From NCBI GenBank assembly GCA_019828565.1, contig JAHDYR010000012.1:186001-250000 (forward strand): DNA of 64,000 bases, in the 5' to 3' direction. Below are positions 44,683-55,167 of the stretch, piece after piece. A model generated the notes under the pieces. It was not told the origin of the DNA. It searched no databases and saw only the letters and a program-made list of their open reading frames with translations. The first letter of the stretch is position 1. Each line of letters begins with the position of its first letter. The position numbers were made by a program, and so were the translations under genes. Origin of the DNA: Carpediemonas membranifera BICM. Taxonomy: Eukaryota; Protista; Fornicata.

Positions 44683-46344
44683 CTATGTTACAATGCACGG
44701 CGTCCAGATCTCGGGCACGATATTCGCGCATCTAAAGTCGCTAGTGACCCACTCCACCGGGGTCGGCACGCTGACCACAGTCGGCCCGTGGACTCCGAGC
44801 TCCTCGTCCCAGTTCATCCCCAGCCCGTGCCAGCCAGCCTCCGTCTTCAGCCAGGCGTTGTCGTAGTTGGTCTTCATGCCGGTGACCTCCGCTCCGAGCT
44901 CCCACTTGACGAGGGTCCCGCCGCTGTGCCACGTGCCGCACGAGGTGCCGTTGTCCGCCCTGATGAACGCCCAGACGAACTCCTCGAGGACTGCGCCCTT
45001 AACGGGCCATGGCAAGTTGAGTGGGACCGCCGCGGGGCACTCGGTCAGGCCGTGGAGGAAGCGGCTGCCGAGCATGCCAACCTTGCCAGCGTACAGTAGC
45101 CGGTCGCCGCTGAGGAAGACGGTGAAGTCGGACATGCACCAGGCCCGGACCGCGGGGAAGGGCGCCTGGGTATAGTTCACGATGTCGTCCGTCGCCTGCC
45201 CGAGTCCCAGCTGGCCGTGGTGGTTGCGGCCGGCCAGCAGCATCTGGTCGCGGCATCGCACGGCCGTGTAGTCGGGGCAGCTCACGAGCTCCTCGGGGGT
45301 GAAGCGGGGCGGTAGTGTGACCTCTGTGAAGAGTCTGATCTGAGTCTTCATGTTGCCGAGGCCGAGACGACCGTGACTATTGTCTCCGGAGACGAGGGTG
45401 CCGACTGGCGTGACGATCATGGTCTCCCGATCGGACAGGAAGACAGATGTGACCAGCCCGTGTCTCTCAAGCCCGCCAAGCCTCTCCTCGAACTGGGCGA
45501 CGCGGGGCACGTCGGGGAAGGTGAGTCGGGTAGGGCATACGCTATCGTTGTGTCCAAGACCAAAGTTGAAGTGGCGGTTACTGCCCCAGCCGTACATGCC
45601 CCGGGGTGTGACGGCGAGTGACTGGGTGCCGACGGTGTGGAGCTCGATGACGGGGGGGACACGGACCCACTGGTACGTTGGGATAGTCGGTCCGCCCAGG
45701 ACTCCGCAGTTGCTGTGCTCGTTGTTGCCGCGAGCGAAGAGGCGGTTGGCGTACCTGCGGAAGAAAACGGGGCTGAACTTGTCGTTGACCTGCTCGGCGT
45801 GGCCGTCCTTCTCACCAATGTTTAGCGCAAAGAAGAACTTCTTGCACAAGAACCAGAGGCACTTGTTCTGGGTGGCAGGGCCCGTCTTACCGCACCTAGC
45901 AGCGTGCTCCCTGCTGGCGAGGTCGGGGTCGGCACCCGCACTCATCAACGTCGCCCAGCATGTGCCCTGGAGCAGCGTGTAGACAGTGTCCGGTAGCTCC
46001 TGTCCCGGTGATATCGGGATGTTCATCGACTGGGGTGCACCGTGGCGGAGGACGGTGATGGCTCGGTCAATGAGGGTCTTGGCGCGTGGATTCGTAAGAC
46101 CGGCCGCGGAGAGGCTGGAAAGATCAGTAACAAGCTGAAGGATACGTTTCTCGCAGCAGTAGGCTTTCGAAGGCAGGATTAGCGTTCGAGGCAAGCTTCT
46201 GCCGCTAGTTTCGTGCCAATACGCGGTTTGCAGGAGCGCGGGGATGTTGCCACTGACGTTCTGAGTACATTCCTGTGAGGATACTGCAAGGCGCCGCAAC
46301 AGTTGTTCGTTTGTGGGTTGTAGCGTTTGTGGAGAAGGCATCAT
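44683..46344 (-). CDS. RCC1-like repeat protein
   Basis: Repeats YGWGSN..FNFGLG, SGDNSHGRLGLG, AGRNHHGQLGLG and GMNWDEELG. Confidence 0.85.
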   Translation of the reverse strand: MMPSPQTLQPTNEQLLRRLAVSSQECTQNVSGNIPALLQTAYWHETSGRSLPRTLILPSKAYCCEKRILQLVTDLSSLSAAGLTNPRAKTLIDRAITVLRHGAPQSMNIPISPGQELPDTVYTLLQGTCWATLMSAGADPDLASREHAARCGKTGPATQNKCLWFLCKKFFFALNIGEKDGHAEQVNDKFSPVFFRRYANRLFARGNNEHSNCGVLGGPTIPTYQWVRVPPVIELHTVGTQSLAVTPRGMYGWGSNRHFNFGLGHNDSVCPTRLTFPDVPRVAQFEERLGGLERHGLVTSVFLSDRETMIVTPVGTLVSGDNSHGRLGLGNMKTQIRLFTEVTLPPRFTPEELVSCPDYTAVRCRDQMLLAGRNHHGQLGLGQATDDIVNYTQAPFPAVRAWCMSDFTVFLSGDRLLYAGKVGMLGSRFLHGLTECPAAVPLNLPWPVKGAVLEEFVWAFIRADNGTSCGTWHSGGTLVKWELGAEVTGMKTNYDNAWLKTEAGWHGLGMNWDEELGVHGPTVVSVPTPVEWVTSDFRCANIVPEIWTPCIVT

Positions 46345-46544
46345 GGGATTCGGATCTGATTTTGGCAAACCGGGTCTGATCCGGTGGATGCGATTTTGAA
46401 AAGGCGATCTTGACGTCCCGGGACGAATCTATTTATCCTCCAGACAGGGGTCCCCCGATCTCTACACAGCCTTAGCAACCATCCGGCATATTCTTCATCA
46501 AGTCGGATATGATGACATCGGCCAAATCCGTCAAATCAAACTCT

Positions 46545-47588
46545 TTACTCTGCGTCATTGATGCCAGCGGCGGTGATACAGTAGGTCGCCTCGGCCTCAG
46601 GTAGGTTGGGCGAGTCGTAGATCTTGCAAATACGGGCCTCGCCGCGACCCTTCCGCAGCGAGAGGCGTGTCGTCGACGCATGCGCCAAGATGTGGCCACC
46701 AATGGGCTTCTTCGGGTCTGCGGTGAACATGGCGGCGGCGCCGGGGTCGGCCACTACCTGGTTAGTGATGTATACGGCGACGTTGAACTCGTCAGACAAC
46801 TTCGTCAGCCGGGACATAAAAAACCCCAGCTTCTGCTGCCGCTCGGCCAGCTCACCCCTGCCGGAGAAATCGACTCTGAACAGGGCGGTCACGGAGTCGA
46901 CAATGATGAGGGCGAAGTGCTCCTCAGACATCTTGGCCGCGATGAGGGTCAGCAGCTCGATCTGCTGCTCGTGGGTGTACGCTCTGGCGTAGATGATGTT
47001 GTCCAGGGTGCTGCCGATGTCTACGTTGAACCGCTCGCATATGGGGCTGAGCCGCTCGGGTCTAAAAGTGCCCTCCGTGTCGAGGAAGATGACCTTGCCA
47101 CCACCCCCGTTCATGGATTTCGGGAGTTGTGCCGTGACAGCAAGGGTGTGGGCGATCTGGGTCTTGCCCGTTCGGAACTCACCGAACGCCTCTGTGATGG
47201 ACATGGACTCGATGCCACCACCGAGAAGGTTGTCCAGGTCGCGGCTGCCAGTCGAAATGCGGAGCACGCGGGTCCTCTTCTCTAGGTACTCGGAGCCGTT
47301 CATGAATGAGCCGCTTTCGCCGATCACCTTGTGGGCGGCTTCGATTGCTTTCTCAATCTTCGCATCGGAAAGGCCCTTGAGGGCTGCAAGGTCCTTTCGA
47401 GTGTTCATGAGCAGTGCTTCGAGTGTATGGATGCCACCTTCGCGTAGTTTCTTCACATCTCCAGCTCCAATGCCCACAGTTGTGAGTGTTTCGATGTGGT
47501 GGAACGAATTCTCAACGGTTTCTTCAAGTTCGTCATCAGTAACGTCTTCTTCATAATCCTCACGAGCCTTGCGCACACTAGAAGACAT
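46545..47588 (-). CDS. DMC1: Meiotic recombinase DMC1
   Basis: [39 protein letters not shown] and [23 protein letters not shown] is DMC1-type, whereas RAD51 has GGNII. Confidence 0.93.
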   Translation of the reverse strand: MSSSVRKAREDYEEDVTDDELEETVENSFHHIETLTTVGIGAGDVKKLREGGIHTLEALLMNTRKDLAALKGLSDAKIEKAIEAAHKVIGESGSFMNGSEYLEKRTRVLRISTGSRDLDNLLGGGIESMSITEAFGEFRTGKTQIAHTLAVTAQLPKSMNGGGGKVIFLDTEGTFRPERLSPICERFNVDIGSTLDNIIYARAYTHEQQIELLTLIAAKMSEEHFALIIVDSVTALFRVDFSGRGELAERQQKLGFFMSRLTKLSDEFNVAVYITNQVVADPGAAAMFTADPKKPIGGHILAHASTTRLSLRKGRGEARICKIYDSPNLPEAEATYCITAAGINDAE

Positions 47589-47748
47589 ATTGCTGGTTTA
47601 ACGGCTGGTACCGAGCTTCTCGTCTGTCCGGCATACAAAACCCGCAACAAAACTGCGAACTGACTGTCGCGGCAGCAGGACGCACACACGCCAAATGCCC
47701 CAAACCGCTGCTTTAATAATGCTGCTGAGCCCATTCCCGAGTGCTCCC

Positions 47749-49245
47749 CTACATGGCCGCCATGCTTGACGAATACGGGTCCAGCCACAGGCCAGCGCTC
47801 GTCCGGACAGCGAAGAACGACCTCAGGTCCTTCTTAGTGCTCTTCTTCGTCCGGTCCGTCATGTCGAGGGGAATGCTGTCTGGCGTCCAATGGCGTGGTT
47901 CCTTCTCGGCACCGAAGAGGGTGAAGACGCGAATTGACCCGTCGCTGCTGCCCGAGGCGACCTTGTTGCCCCTAGACCCGAGGAACATGACCCGACCCCC
48001 GTGGGTGGCGACCACCCCCACCTGCTTTATGGCCGAGGGGCCCTGGAACTTGTCGAACTCCCATAGAGTCACGCAGTTCGACGAGTAGCCGTGGCCGACA
48101 CATATGGCATCTGCTGTCTCGGACCAGGCGATGGAGCAGAGCTGGGAGCGGGTGGCGACCTCGGCCAGCATCGCTCCAGTCCGGACGTCCCAGATCCGCA
48201 GCTTGCCGTCAGACGACCCGCCGCCTGTGGCAAGGTAGTGGGGCGACTGACAGGACCAGCCGAACGCCTTCACGGCAGCCTTGTGGCCGACTAGCCTGAC
48301 AGGTTTGGCCATTGGTGTCAGGTGGGGTGTCTTCCAGATAAAAACCCTCGCATCGTTCCCACCAGTGGCAAGATAGGACCCGTCGTGCGACCACTTCACG
48401 CCGCACACCTCGGCGTCGTGCGCCTGGGACTCGTGCATGATGGCACATCCGGCGATGAGGCGGCTGCCGGTGACCATGCGGTGATTCGACCTGGAAGCTA
48501 TTGACAGCAGCCGGGCCATGCTGAACGTGATGGCCGACCCGCGTCGCGTCCCCATCGTGATGTACTCGCCACATGGCCGGAACGAGAGCGCCGCGATCCG
48601 CCCGCAGTTGAGCTGGCATCGAAGCAGGAGTCTCCGGTCGTGCGCATCGAACATGACCAGCATGGACATCGTCGTGCCCGCCGCTACGATCGTCCCATCC
48701 GGGCTGACGGCCACAGAAGTGACAGTGTCCAGCTTGCGGCGGTGGGGCGGCAGCGTCGTCGGCAGGACGCGGACAGCTGCCTTGGTAAGTCCCGTCTCCG
48801 CCATGAGCGTGACCCTCTGGTCGTGTCCCACAGCGAAGTTGCCAGGGCCCCAGGCGACCGCGTTGAGGTAATAGTCGTCGGTGATCTTCAGATTGCGGAA
48901 GACATGGGTCGTGGTGACGTTCTCCAGGTCCCGATCGGCAGTGATGCCCAATGAGCCGGCCGGGCTGAGAGGACGGCGGGGGTTCTGGCCATAAGCTCTG
49001 GGATCACTCGACGGACGAGAAGTGTTGGCGTCCTCGAGGCCAGAAGAGGCGATAGAGCGGATCAATGACGTTGAATAAGCGTGCTCGTCGTTGGTATCGT
49101 CCGTGCATTCGGGCAAAACGATGGGAGTGTATATCTTGGGCTTCAATATTGGCGTGTCAACAGGTGACGCCGCCATCAAAGATCCAGGAGGGCTTCTGTA
49201 TGATAATGGAGGCGAAGATGCGTTTGAATAGCTGGCAAACATCAC
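47749..49245 (-). CDS. Cdc20/Cdh1 (Fizzy-family) WD40 APC/C activator, divergent; start uncertain
   Basis: Motifs DDYYLN..AW, H..EVCGVKW, ATGGND, GHKAAVKA..W, LATGGGS.DG and HGYS.N. Confidence 0.85.
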   Translation of the reverse strand: MMFASYSNASSPPLSYRSPPGSLMAASPVDTPILKPKIYTPIVLPECTDDTNDEHAYSTSLIRSIASSGLEDANTSRPSSDPRAYGQNPRRPLSPAGSLGITADRDLENVTTTHVFRNLKITDDYYLNAVAWGPGNFAVGHDQRVTLMAETGLTKAAVRVLPTTLPPHRRKLDTVTSVAVSPDGTIVAAGTTMSMLVMFDAHDRRLLLRCQLNCGRIAALSFRPCGEYITMGTRRGSAITFSMARLLSIASRSNHRMVTGSRLIAGCAIMHESQAHDAEVCGVKWSHDGSYLATGGNDARVFIWKTPHLTPMAKPVRLVGHKAAVKAFGWSCQSPHYLATGGGSSDGKLRIWDVRTGAMLAEVATRSQLCSIAWSETADAICVGHGYSSNCVTLWEFDKFQGPSAIKQVGVVATHGGRVMFLGSRGNKVASGSSDGSIRVFTLFGAEKEPRHWTPDSIPLDMTDRTKKSTKKDLRSFFAVRTSAGLWLDPYSSSMAAM

Positions 49246-49498
49246 ACTGGCTTATTCAGGATGCACGTCGTAAGGCTGCGCGAGAGATACATCAAATTTC
49301 TTGTTCTTATCTAAGATCTTGTCGATATTCGAAGGTCCAAACTCATGCCAAACGGCGTAGAATCTCCAGTGCCTGCTGCCTCCCTTTGAGCGCTAACCTC
49401 CTAGACATGCTCAGGCTCGACTGACCATGCCCGCGGCATGGCTGCCCCAAGCTCACCCACTCGAGCCGCACCTTTTAAATCATCCTACCGCCACGCCG

Positions 49499-51670
49499 CT
49501 AGTCATCAGACACGGATGACACGGTCTCGAGGCTGGGGTCCGGCCGGGTGCGGTGCCGCGCCCTTCCCGCCAGCACCCCAATGATTGCATCGAATCTCCT
49601 GTCGATATGGCTGAGCAGCTCGTCCTTCATCTCGCCCATGTCCCCCAAGGACGACAGGACGTCGCTGCTGTCCCCAACCACACTCGAACTGAAGCTGTTG
49701 ACCTCCGCCTCACCCCGGGCATGGAGCAGTCTCCTCCAACCCTGCCGCGCACCGAGGGTGAGGTGGTTTGGCTCGACCCCCTCCTCGATGTCTGCCGGCC
49801 TGACGAGGAGTGGCACCTCATCCGTCAGCTGCCCGTCCGGCCTCCTCCTTGGCGCTCTGGGCAATCCAGCAGGCCTGGTCCCGTTGGACGAGGACCGGCT
49901 GGGGTCTCGCCGCAGTTCACGGTAGGAGCCCTCGAAGCTGCGCCGCTCGTTCATCCACTGGAGCGCCTCGTGGGTCGAGTCCGATTCCGAGGAGGAGGAC
50001 GAGGATGTGTCCTTAACGAGGTGCTGCCAGCGCTTCTTGTCATTGCCGACACGGGTGGTGAACCTGTGTTTGCGGTCAAATCTATCGAATTTCTTAAGCA
50101 TCACATTAAAAATCTTATCTTCGAAGAAATCGTCCTGGATATGCTCTGACTGCTTGCCGAAGACAGAATCCCGCGAGTACTCGTAGGACTCCTCAATAAT
50201 GTGCACGAAAACGTTGAGCACACCGCAGATGAAGAGGGTGATGAAGCAGTAGAGGTAGGTGCGGCTGATGACCGGCGAGGCGAGGTAGATGGCGTCGTAC
50301 GTCTCGAGGATGACGTCGCCGTGAAGGACAGCGAAGAGGGTGACACAGGCCTGGCTGAAGTTGGAGAACTTGACGCTGTACTGGCTGAAGAGAGCGACGC
50401 CGCAGAGGGCGAACCCGAAGTAGATGGGCATGATGCTGACGATGAACTGCATCAGGATGGGGGCACCTCGGCGGAGGGTCATGACCAGCATGTAGTAGTT
50501 CTTATCGAACTCAAAGTACCGCAGCACATTGCAGAAGGCGAACAGGGCGCCTAGACCCATCATCAGGCGGACTGCGAGCTCGGGCACGTCGAAGTGCAGG
50601 ATAGAGCAGATGTCGAGCAGACACGCGGCAATGTTTGCGATGTTCCCGGTCATGGACAGGATGAACCAGAGGTTGAAGATGCGCAACTTCTGTCGGAGGG
50701 GCAGGTCCTCCCAGGTCAGGCCCTGCAGCCGTCTCTTCTGCCGCTCGGTCATGTTGGACAGCGATAGTCGCTTGCGGAGCAGATTGAAGAGCTGGATGGA
50801 CGCGATGATCGCACGTACCGCGAGGACTTCGCTGGCTACGGCGAGGATGATGAGCACAGTGTCGAGCAGCACCCGGAGTGGAAAGTGCGTCACCCCGAAC
50901 CACCATGCCCACGTGTTGCCCTTGTCGATCTTGCCCTCTGGCACAATTGTCACGGCAGCCCGACCGCCGTTGTGGTCGAGGTCGATATTGAGTGCAACCG
51001 ACCATGTATAGGGGACCTTCTTGTCACTCATGGGCCACAACATCTCGTGCTTCAGCTTGAACGTCATGGCGATAGAGTCTGCGTTGTCCAGGACCTCTAC
51101 CAGTCTATCATTAGCCAGGCTGAAGGGGTACAGGTCCGTCTCGTCGTGCCAACGCAGGGTAACAGGGACTGTGCTCCATGCCGTCCGGACCCCGAACGGG
51201 AGCCATGTGGAGTTCTGCATGAGTATGGTGACGTCTATGGGGTGGATGACACCGTTGTCCACCCGGTGGTCGAACTGGGTGAGCGACTGGCCCCCGATGC
51301 CGAAGTATGTGTCCTGGAAGGTCGTGGCGATGGAACGGAGGTCATCAGTAGTCACGGCGAACCAGGACTGCTCCTTGTTGGCGTTCTCACCGGCGACAGG
51401 GTCGATGAATCGCTGCTTGATCGTATACTGCACAGATGTGGCGTAATCTGAGAAGTCGTTGAAGGGGATGGTGATTTGGACGAAGCACATGACCAGGATT
51501 AGTACATGTAGAACAAATTTGGTGGGGAACCTGCCGTGGTACTTCCACTTGGCCCAGGGAGACAGGAAGAACTTGTCCTCGGCCGTGAGAGGCCGTCTCT
51601 GAAGAAAGTAGATGCGTGGCCACTTTCTTTTCCTATGTAAAGGCTCGCTTGCGCGTGAAAACCGCAACAT
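49499..51670 (-). CDS. MCOLN: Mucolipin (TRPML) cation channel
   Basis: KFFLSPWAKW...RFPTK, NLWF, VLRY, pore region LFAVLHGD and SRTYLY.FI.LFI..VLN.F..IIEESY. Confidence 0.9.
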   Translation of the reverse strand: MLRFSRASEPLHRKRKWPRIYFLQRRPLTAEDKFFLSPWAKWKYHGRFPTKFVLHVLILVMCFVQITIPFNDFSDYATSVQYTIKQRFIDPVAGENANKEQSWFAVTTDDLRSIATTFQDTYFGIGGQSLTQFDHRVDNGVIHPIDVTILMQNSTWLPFGVRTAWSTVPVTLRWHDETDLYPFSLANDRLVEVLDNADSIAMTFKLKHEMLWPMSDKKVPYTWSVALNIDLDHNGGRAAVTIVPEGKIDKGNTWAWWFGVTHFPLRVLLDTVLIILAVASEVLAVRAIIASIQLFNLLRKRLSLSNMTERQKRRLQGLTWEDLPLRQKLRIFNLWFILSMTGNIANIAACLLDICSILHFDVPELAVRLMMGLGALFAFCNVLRYFEFDKNYYMLVMTLRRGAPILMQFIVSIMPIYFGFALCGVALFSQYSVKFSNFSQACVTLFAVLHGDVILETYDAIYLASPVISRTYLYCFITLFICGVLNVFVHIIEESYEYSRDSVFGKQSEHIQDDFFEDKIFNVMLKKFDRFDRKHRFTTRVGNDKKRWQHLVKDTSSSSSSESDSTHEALQWMNERRSFEGSYRELRRDPSRSSSNGTRPAGLPRAPRRRPDGQLTDEVPLLVRPADIEEGVEPNHLTLGARQGWRRLLHARGEAEVNSFSSSVVGDSSDVLSSLGDMGEMKDELLSHIDRRFDAIIGVLAGRARHRTRPDPSLETVSSVSDD

Positions 51671-51881
51671 CGCTGATTCTCCGCGTTGCAGCGTCAGCAC
51701 AAGCCGTTCCGTTTTGAGTAATTCAACGGCTGACCAACGATTGCCACGAGATCGGCCCAATATTCCGCTCCATATCTCCTGCGCTGGGTCTTGTTTAGTC
51801 TACCTCCGACTCGACCGGTTCATTTCTGAGACTGCGAGTGCCCATGAAGAACTTTAGAAACATCTTTGATCACAGGTCCCT

Positions 51882-53696
51882 TCACTCGTCATCAGTCATA
51901 CCGTCATACTCGAACGCCTGCCCGATCGCCCCCAGGATCCGCATCACACGCTTGTCCTTGGGCGCCGGTCCTGCCATATTCTGCACCTTACCCATCGGTG
52001 AGGGTGACAGAGCAGGATCACCGGCCGGAGCTTGGTTGCTGCTGTTAGCCCTGGGAATGAGCCTGGCACGGGGCATTCTCATGGGCAGCGGCGTCGGGAC
52101 CCGCGGGGGGAGGCCGAGGGACTGCTGTATGGCGGTCACCATGTCTACCTGCTTCTTGTATATCGACATGATCTGGAGATTCAGTAAGGCTGCTGGGTCG
52201 TTATATGAGATCATCTTATGGACCCCGAACACCACCAGGGCGGTGAACCCGACCCACCGGATGGCGTCGGCCGGGTTGACGCCCAGGCCGGTCGACTGTG
52301 CTGGGGGAGTAACGCGTGTCATGGCAAAGCGGTCCACCACCAGCACTGCCAGCAAGCCCATTAGCAGCACAATCCGGCAGTCCTTGAGTCGACGCGTGGC
52401 CGTCACCAGATAGATCGCCGTGGCCGCGATGACGTATGATAACAGCGTCCTCACATGCCCAACCTCCCCTAGTACCCGCCTCGTCAGCAACACGAGGTGC
52501 TCGACCCGTCCCAGGACCGTGTGCTGGAAGTCATCCAGCATCTCCCGCTGACTCTCGAGTCGGGCTTGGGTGTCCTCGGCCAGGCCGTTGAGCTGCGTCA
52601 GGGATATGAAGGCGCGGCTGAACTCCTCGTGCTGCCGCGCAGCGAGGGCTGAGAGGCCGTCTAGCGCCTGTGTCTGGCCGTCGAGCAGGGTCTGCTGAGC
52701 CTCAGTCAGGCCCGCCAACACCGCCTGGGCGTCGGCAATGGCACTTGAAACCGCATGGATGCTGGTTGTTAGCGCCTCTTCGGCCGCCTCGATGCCGTGT
52801 TCCAGGACCTTGTGCTGCTTAGCCTGCTCGGCGTGGTCCTCGGCCGCCTCTGTCGAGAGCTGGGTGAGGACCTTCAGACTGGCCTCCAGTGGGACCAGAG
52901 AGTCCACCAGTGCGGCCTGGGCATTCGCCAGAGCGTCGACTCTGGACGAGGTGAGGTTGACTGACGTCAGGGTCTGGCTGTTGATGGACCGCAGCACGCG
53001 ATGCGACTCGGTCAGGCCCCCCACGAAGTCAGCAATGCGGGCACTCATGTCACTGAGGTCGTTCAGCCTGTCCTGGGACCTGCTGAATGCGTCTGTCTGC
53101 TTGGCATCGAGCTCCTCGATGCTGTCTCCGACCGAGGTGACCGAGGAAGCAAGGGTGGCTACGGACGCCGCCTGGTCTCGAACCGAGATGGACAGCCTGC
53201 TATGGTCGGCATGGAGCTGCGCCAGGGTGAACACAGTGTCGTTCGACGCGTCGTATAGCCTATTGATCGTTTTCTCCGCCTCATCCTGGAAATCCTTCTG
53301 ACTGAGGAAGAAACAGAGGTCGTCCAGGTGGAGGAAGAACGAAGTGTACGTGTCGAAGGCGATGGGAAGCGCGGACATGCGCTGGGTGCACCGGGCGATG
53401 TTCTCGGACCTCTTGCAAGGAAACGTGTCCAGGCCGCTCCGTTCGAGGTGGCAGTTGGCAAGCTCAAAGGCAAGGCGCTGCTGATCATGGTCCTTCATGT
53501 GTTTGCAGCCCTTTCCCTTCGTCAGGGTGCGGAAGACGCGCTTGTAGCATGGGCTCATGACGCTCTGCTCCTCCATCTCCTCAACGAGCGATTCTCCTGA
53601 GGATAGGAGGGTGTTCGCAGCCTCGATGTCCATCTCATAGGCATGGATGGCTTGTGCCAATACCAGTATGGCCAGGAAGGTGAGAAGAGCCTTCAT
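51882..53696 (-). CDS. GEX1: GEX1/KAR5/Brambleberry nuclear-fusion protein
   Basis: Signal peptide, Cys-rich domain (CY...C...RLAFELANCHL..SG...C...C...YTSFF..LCFFL), coiled coil and three C-terminal TM helices. Confidence 0.88.
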   Translation of the reverse strand: MKALLTFLAILVLAQAIHAYEMDIEAANTLLSSGESLVEEMEEQSVMSPCYKRVFRTLTKGKGCKHMKDHDQQRLAFELANCHLERSGLDTFPCKRSENIARCTQRMSALPIAFDTYTSFFLHLDDLCFFLSQKDFQDEAEKTINRLYDASNDTVFTLAQLHADHSRLSISVRDQAASVATLASSVTSVGDSIEELDAKQTDAFSRSQDRLNDLSDMSARIADFVGGLTESHRVLRSINSQTLTSVNLTSSRVDALANAQAALVDSLVPLEASLKVLTQLSTEAAEDHAEQAKQHKVLEHGIEAAEEALTTSIHAVSSAIADAQAVLAGLTEAQQTLLDGQTQALDGLSALAARQHEEFSRAFISLTQLNGLAEDTQARLESQREMLDDFQHTVLGRVEHLVLLTRRVLGEVGHVRTLLSYVIAATAIYLVTATRRLKDCRIVLLMGLLAVLVVDRFAMTRVTPPAQSTGLGVNPADAIRWVGFTALVVFGVHKMISYNDPAALLNLQIMSIYKKQVDMVTAIQQSLGLPPRVPTPLPMRMPRARLIPRANSSNQAPAGDPALSPSPMGKVQNMAGPAPKDKRVMRILGAIGQAFEYDGMTDDE

Positions 53697-53904
53697 GTGT
53701 GTTCAAAACTGACGAAATTCTCGGGGCCAGAAGATGCGCGTTTATGATAGGGTCCAAAGGAACCGACGTAGACCATAACAAAGTGACTTCAGGACGCATG
53801 TTGACTACACAGCGATGACGAGGACCCATAACGGCCTGGGACGAATGCGGGATTGGGATGATGCACTGAGGCATGTCCAGAATACGACGATAGTAGCCAG
53901 CTGC

Positions 53905-54201
53905 TCAGCCTTCATTCGTCGTCGAAAGCGGCAGGTTCAGCAACAGGCTCAGCAACTCCTCGCCCTTGGAGTGCTTTTGGCTACGAATGATCTCAGCGTA
54001 GTACTGGAGGGCGCTGGAATCAGCCATCCTCTCATCATTCATCTTCTTACGCTCAGAAACATCATCCTCTACCTCTTCGCTCACATATTGATGCTTGGAG
54101 ACAAAAATGGCTTCCTTGATGACTCTATCTCGCAATAGAGGGTCAATATTCGGAGAAATAGACTGAGCAAGCTCTCTAAGATGCTCTATATGCGACATCA
54201 C
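53905..54201 (-). CDS. Small hypothetical protein
   Basis: 98-aa protein-like ORF between genes; start uncertain. Confidence 0.35.
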   Translation of the reverse strand: MMSHIEHLRELAQSISPNIDPLLRDRVIKEAIFVSKHQYVSEEVEDDVSERKKMNDERMADSSALQYYAEIIRSQKHSKGEELLSLLLNLPLSTTNEG

Positions 54202-54244
54202 GCTGTGGTCGTCTTGTATAGTCGGACTCCGGTTAAACTGCGAT

Positions 54245-55042
54245 TTACTTTGTCGCCCCGATAAATCCTGCTACGATCAATAAAATCACCGATACGCCCA
54301 TGAGCACCCCTACTACCAGCGTCAACTTCCCCAGCCCGCGTCCCGCGCCGTGTCTGAGCTCCCTCGCCCTCTCGTAGAGGACCCCGATGCTGTCGTCGAT
54401 CTGGGCGAGCTCGTCGTTCCTGGCGTTGATATCGCCCTCCTGTGCATGGAGCTCGTCGCTAATATCATTCGCCACCTCTTTCAGCACGCCGAGGGAGGCT
54501 GCGATGACTCGTATCCTGTCCTCAATGACCTGCTCCTGCATGGGCAGCGGGAGTAGGACCTCGGGCAGCTCGGCCATATCCGCCTTGGGCCTCTTCCTGA
54601 CGCTAGGGATGTTCAGCTTGATCCTGCCCTCGGGGGACTCCGCCTTGGGCACTCGCCGATCGAATGACTTGAGATCCTCTAGTAGGCCCTGGATCGTCTC
54701 ACCAATAGCCGCGCTGTGCATTCCCGCGAGTCTGTCCGCCTTGCTGCTCAGCTCCGCCATCTTCTCCCGGATGGCGTGCGCCTTTTGGACGAGATCATCG
54801 GACATGCCGGCGGCTGCAAGCTCGTTTCGTTCCTTGATTTCCTTGTGGAGCGCTATAGCATCTTTGTGGAACTGAGCTAGCTGCGCATTCTCTCTCGTAA
54901 CGATGTGGTTCAGCGCTGGGGAGAGAACGGCTGATTTTGGGGCCGCACGGTGCGTATGGTCCGGCTCAAGAGCATCCTCTGCAATGGAAATGATCCTTTC
55001 CAGCCTGTGAAGCTGCCTGTCTTTCTCTGAATCGAAGAACAT
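54245..55042 (-). CDS. Qc-SNARE (Syp7/Syntaxin-8-like)
   Basis: N-terminal helical bundle, SNARE motif (I...LGVLKEVANDISDELHAQ) and a C-terminal TM anchor. Confidence 0.75.
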   Translation of the reverse strand: MFFDSEKDRQLHRLERIISIAEDALEPDHTHRAAPKSAVLSPALNHIVTRENAQLAQFHKDAIALHKEIKERNELAAAGMSDDLVQKAHAIREKMAELSSKADRLAGMHSAAIGETIQGLLEDLKSFDRRVPKAESPEGRIKLNIPSVRKRPKADMAELPEVLLPLPMQEQVIEDRIRVIAASLGVLKEVANDISDELHAQEGDINARNDELAQIDDSIGVLYERARELRHGAGRGLGKLTLVVGVLMGVSVILLIVAGFIGATK

Positions 55043-55167
55043 GCCTCAATGTCGTGCCGTGACATCCTTACAGCGACTTGTGGAAGATTGCATGAATTAC
55101 GTGCCATATAAATGCATTCGACCAGCCAAAACCACTCCCTCTGTTGCCACAAATACTCTTTTACACA

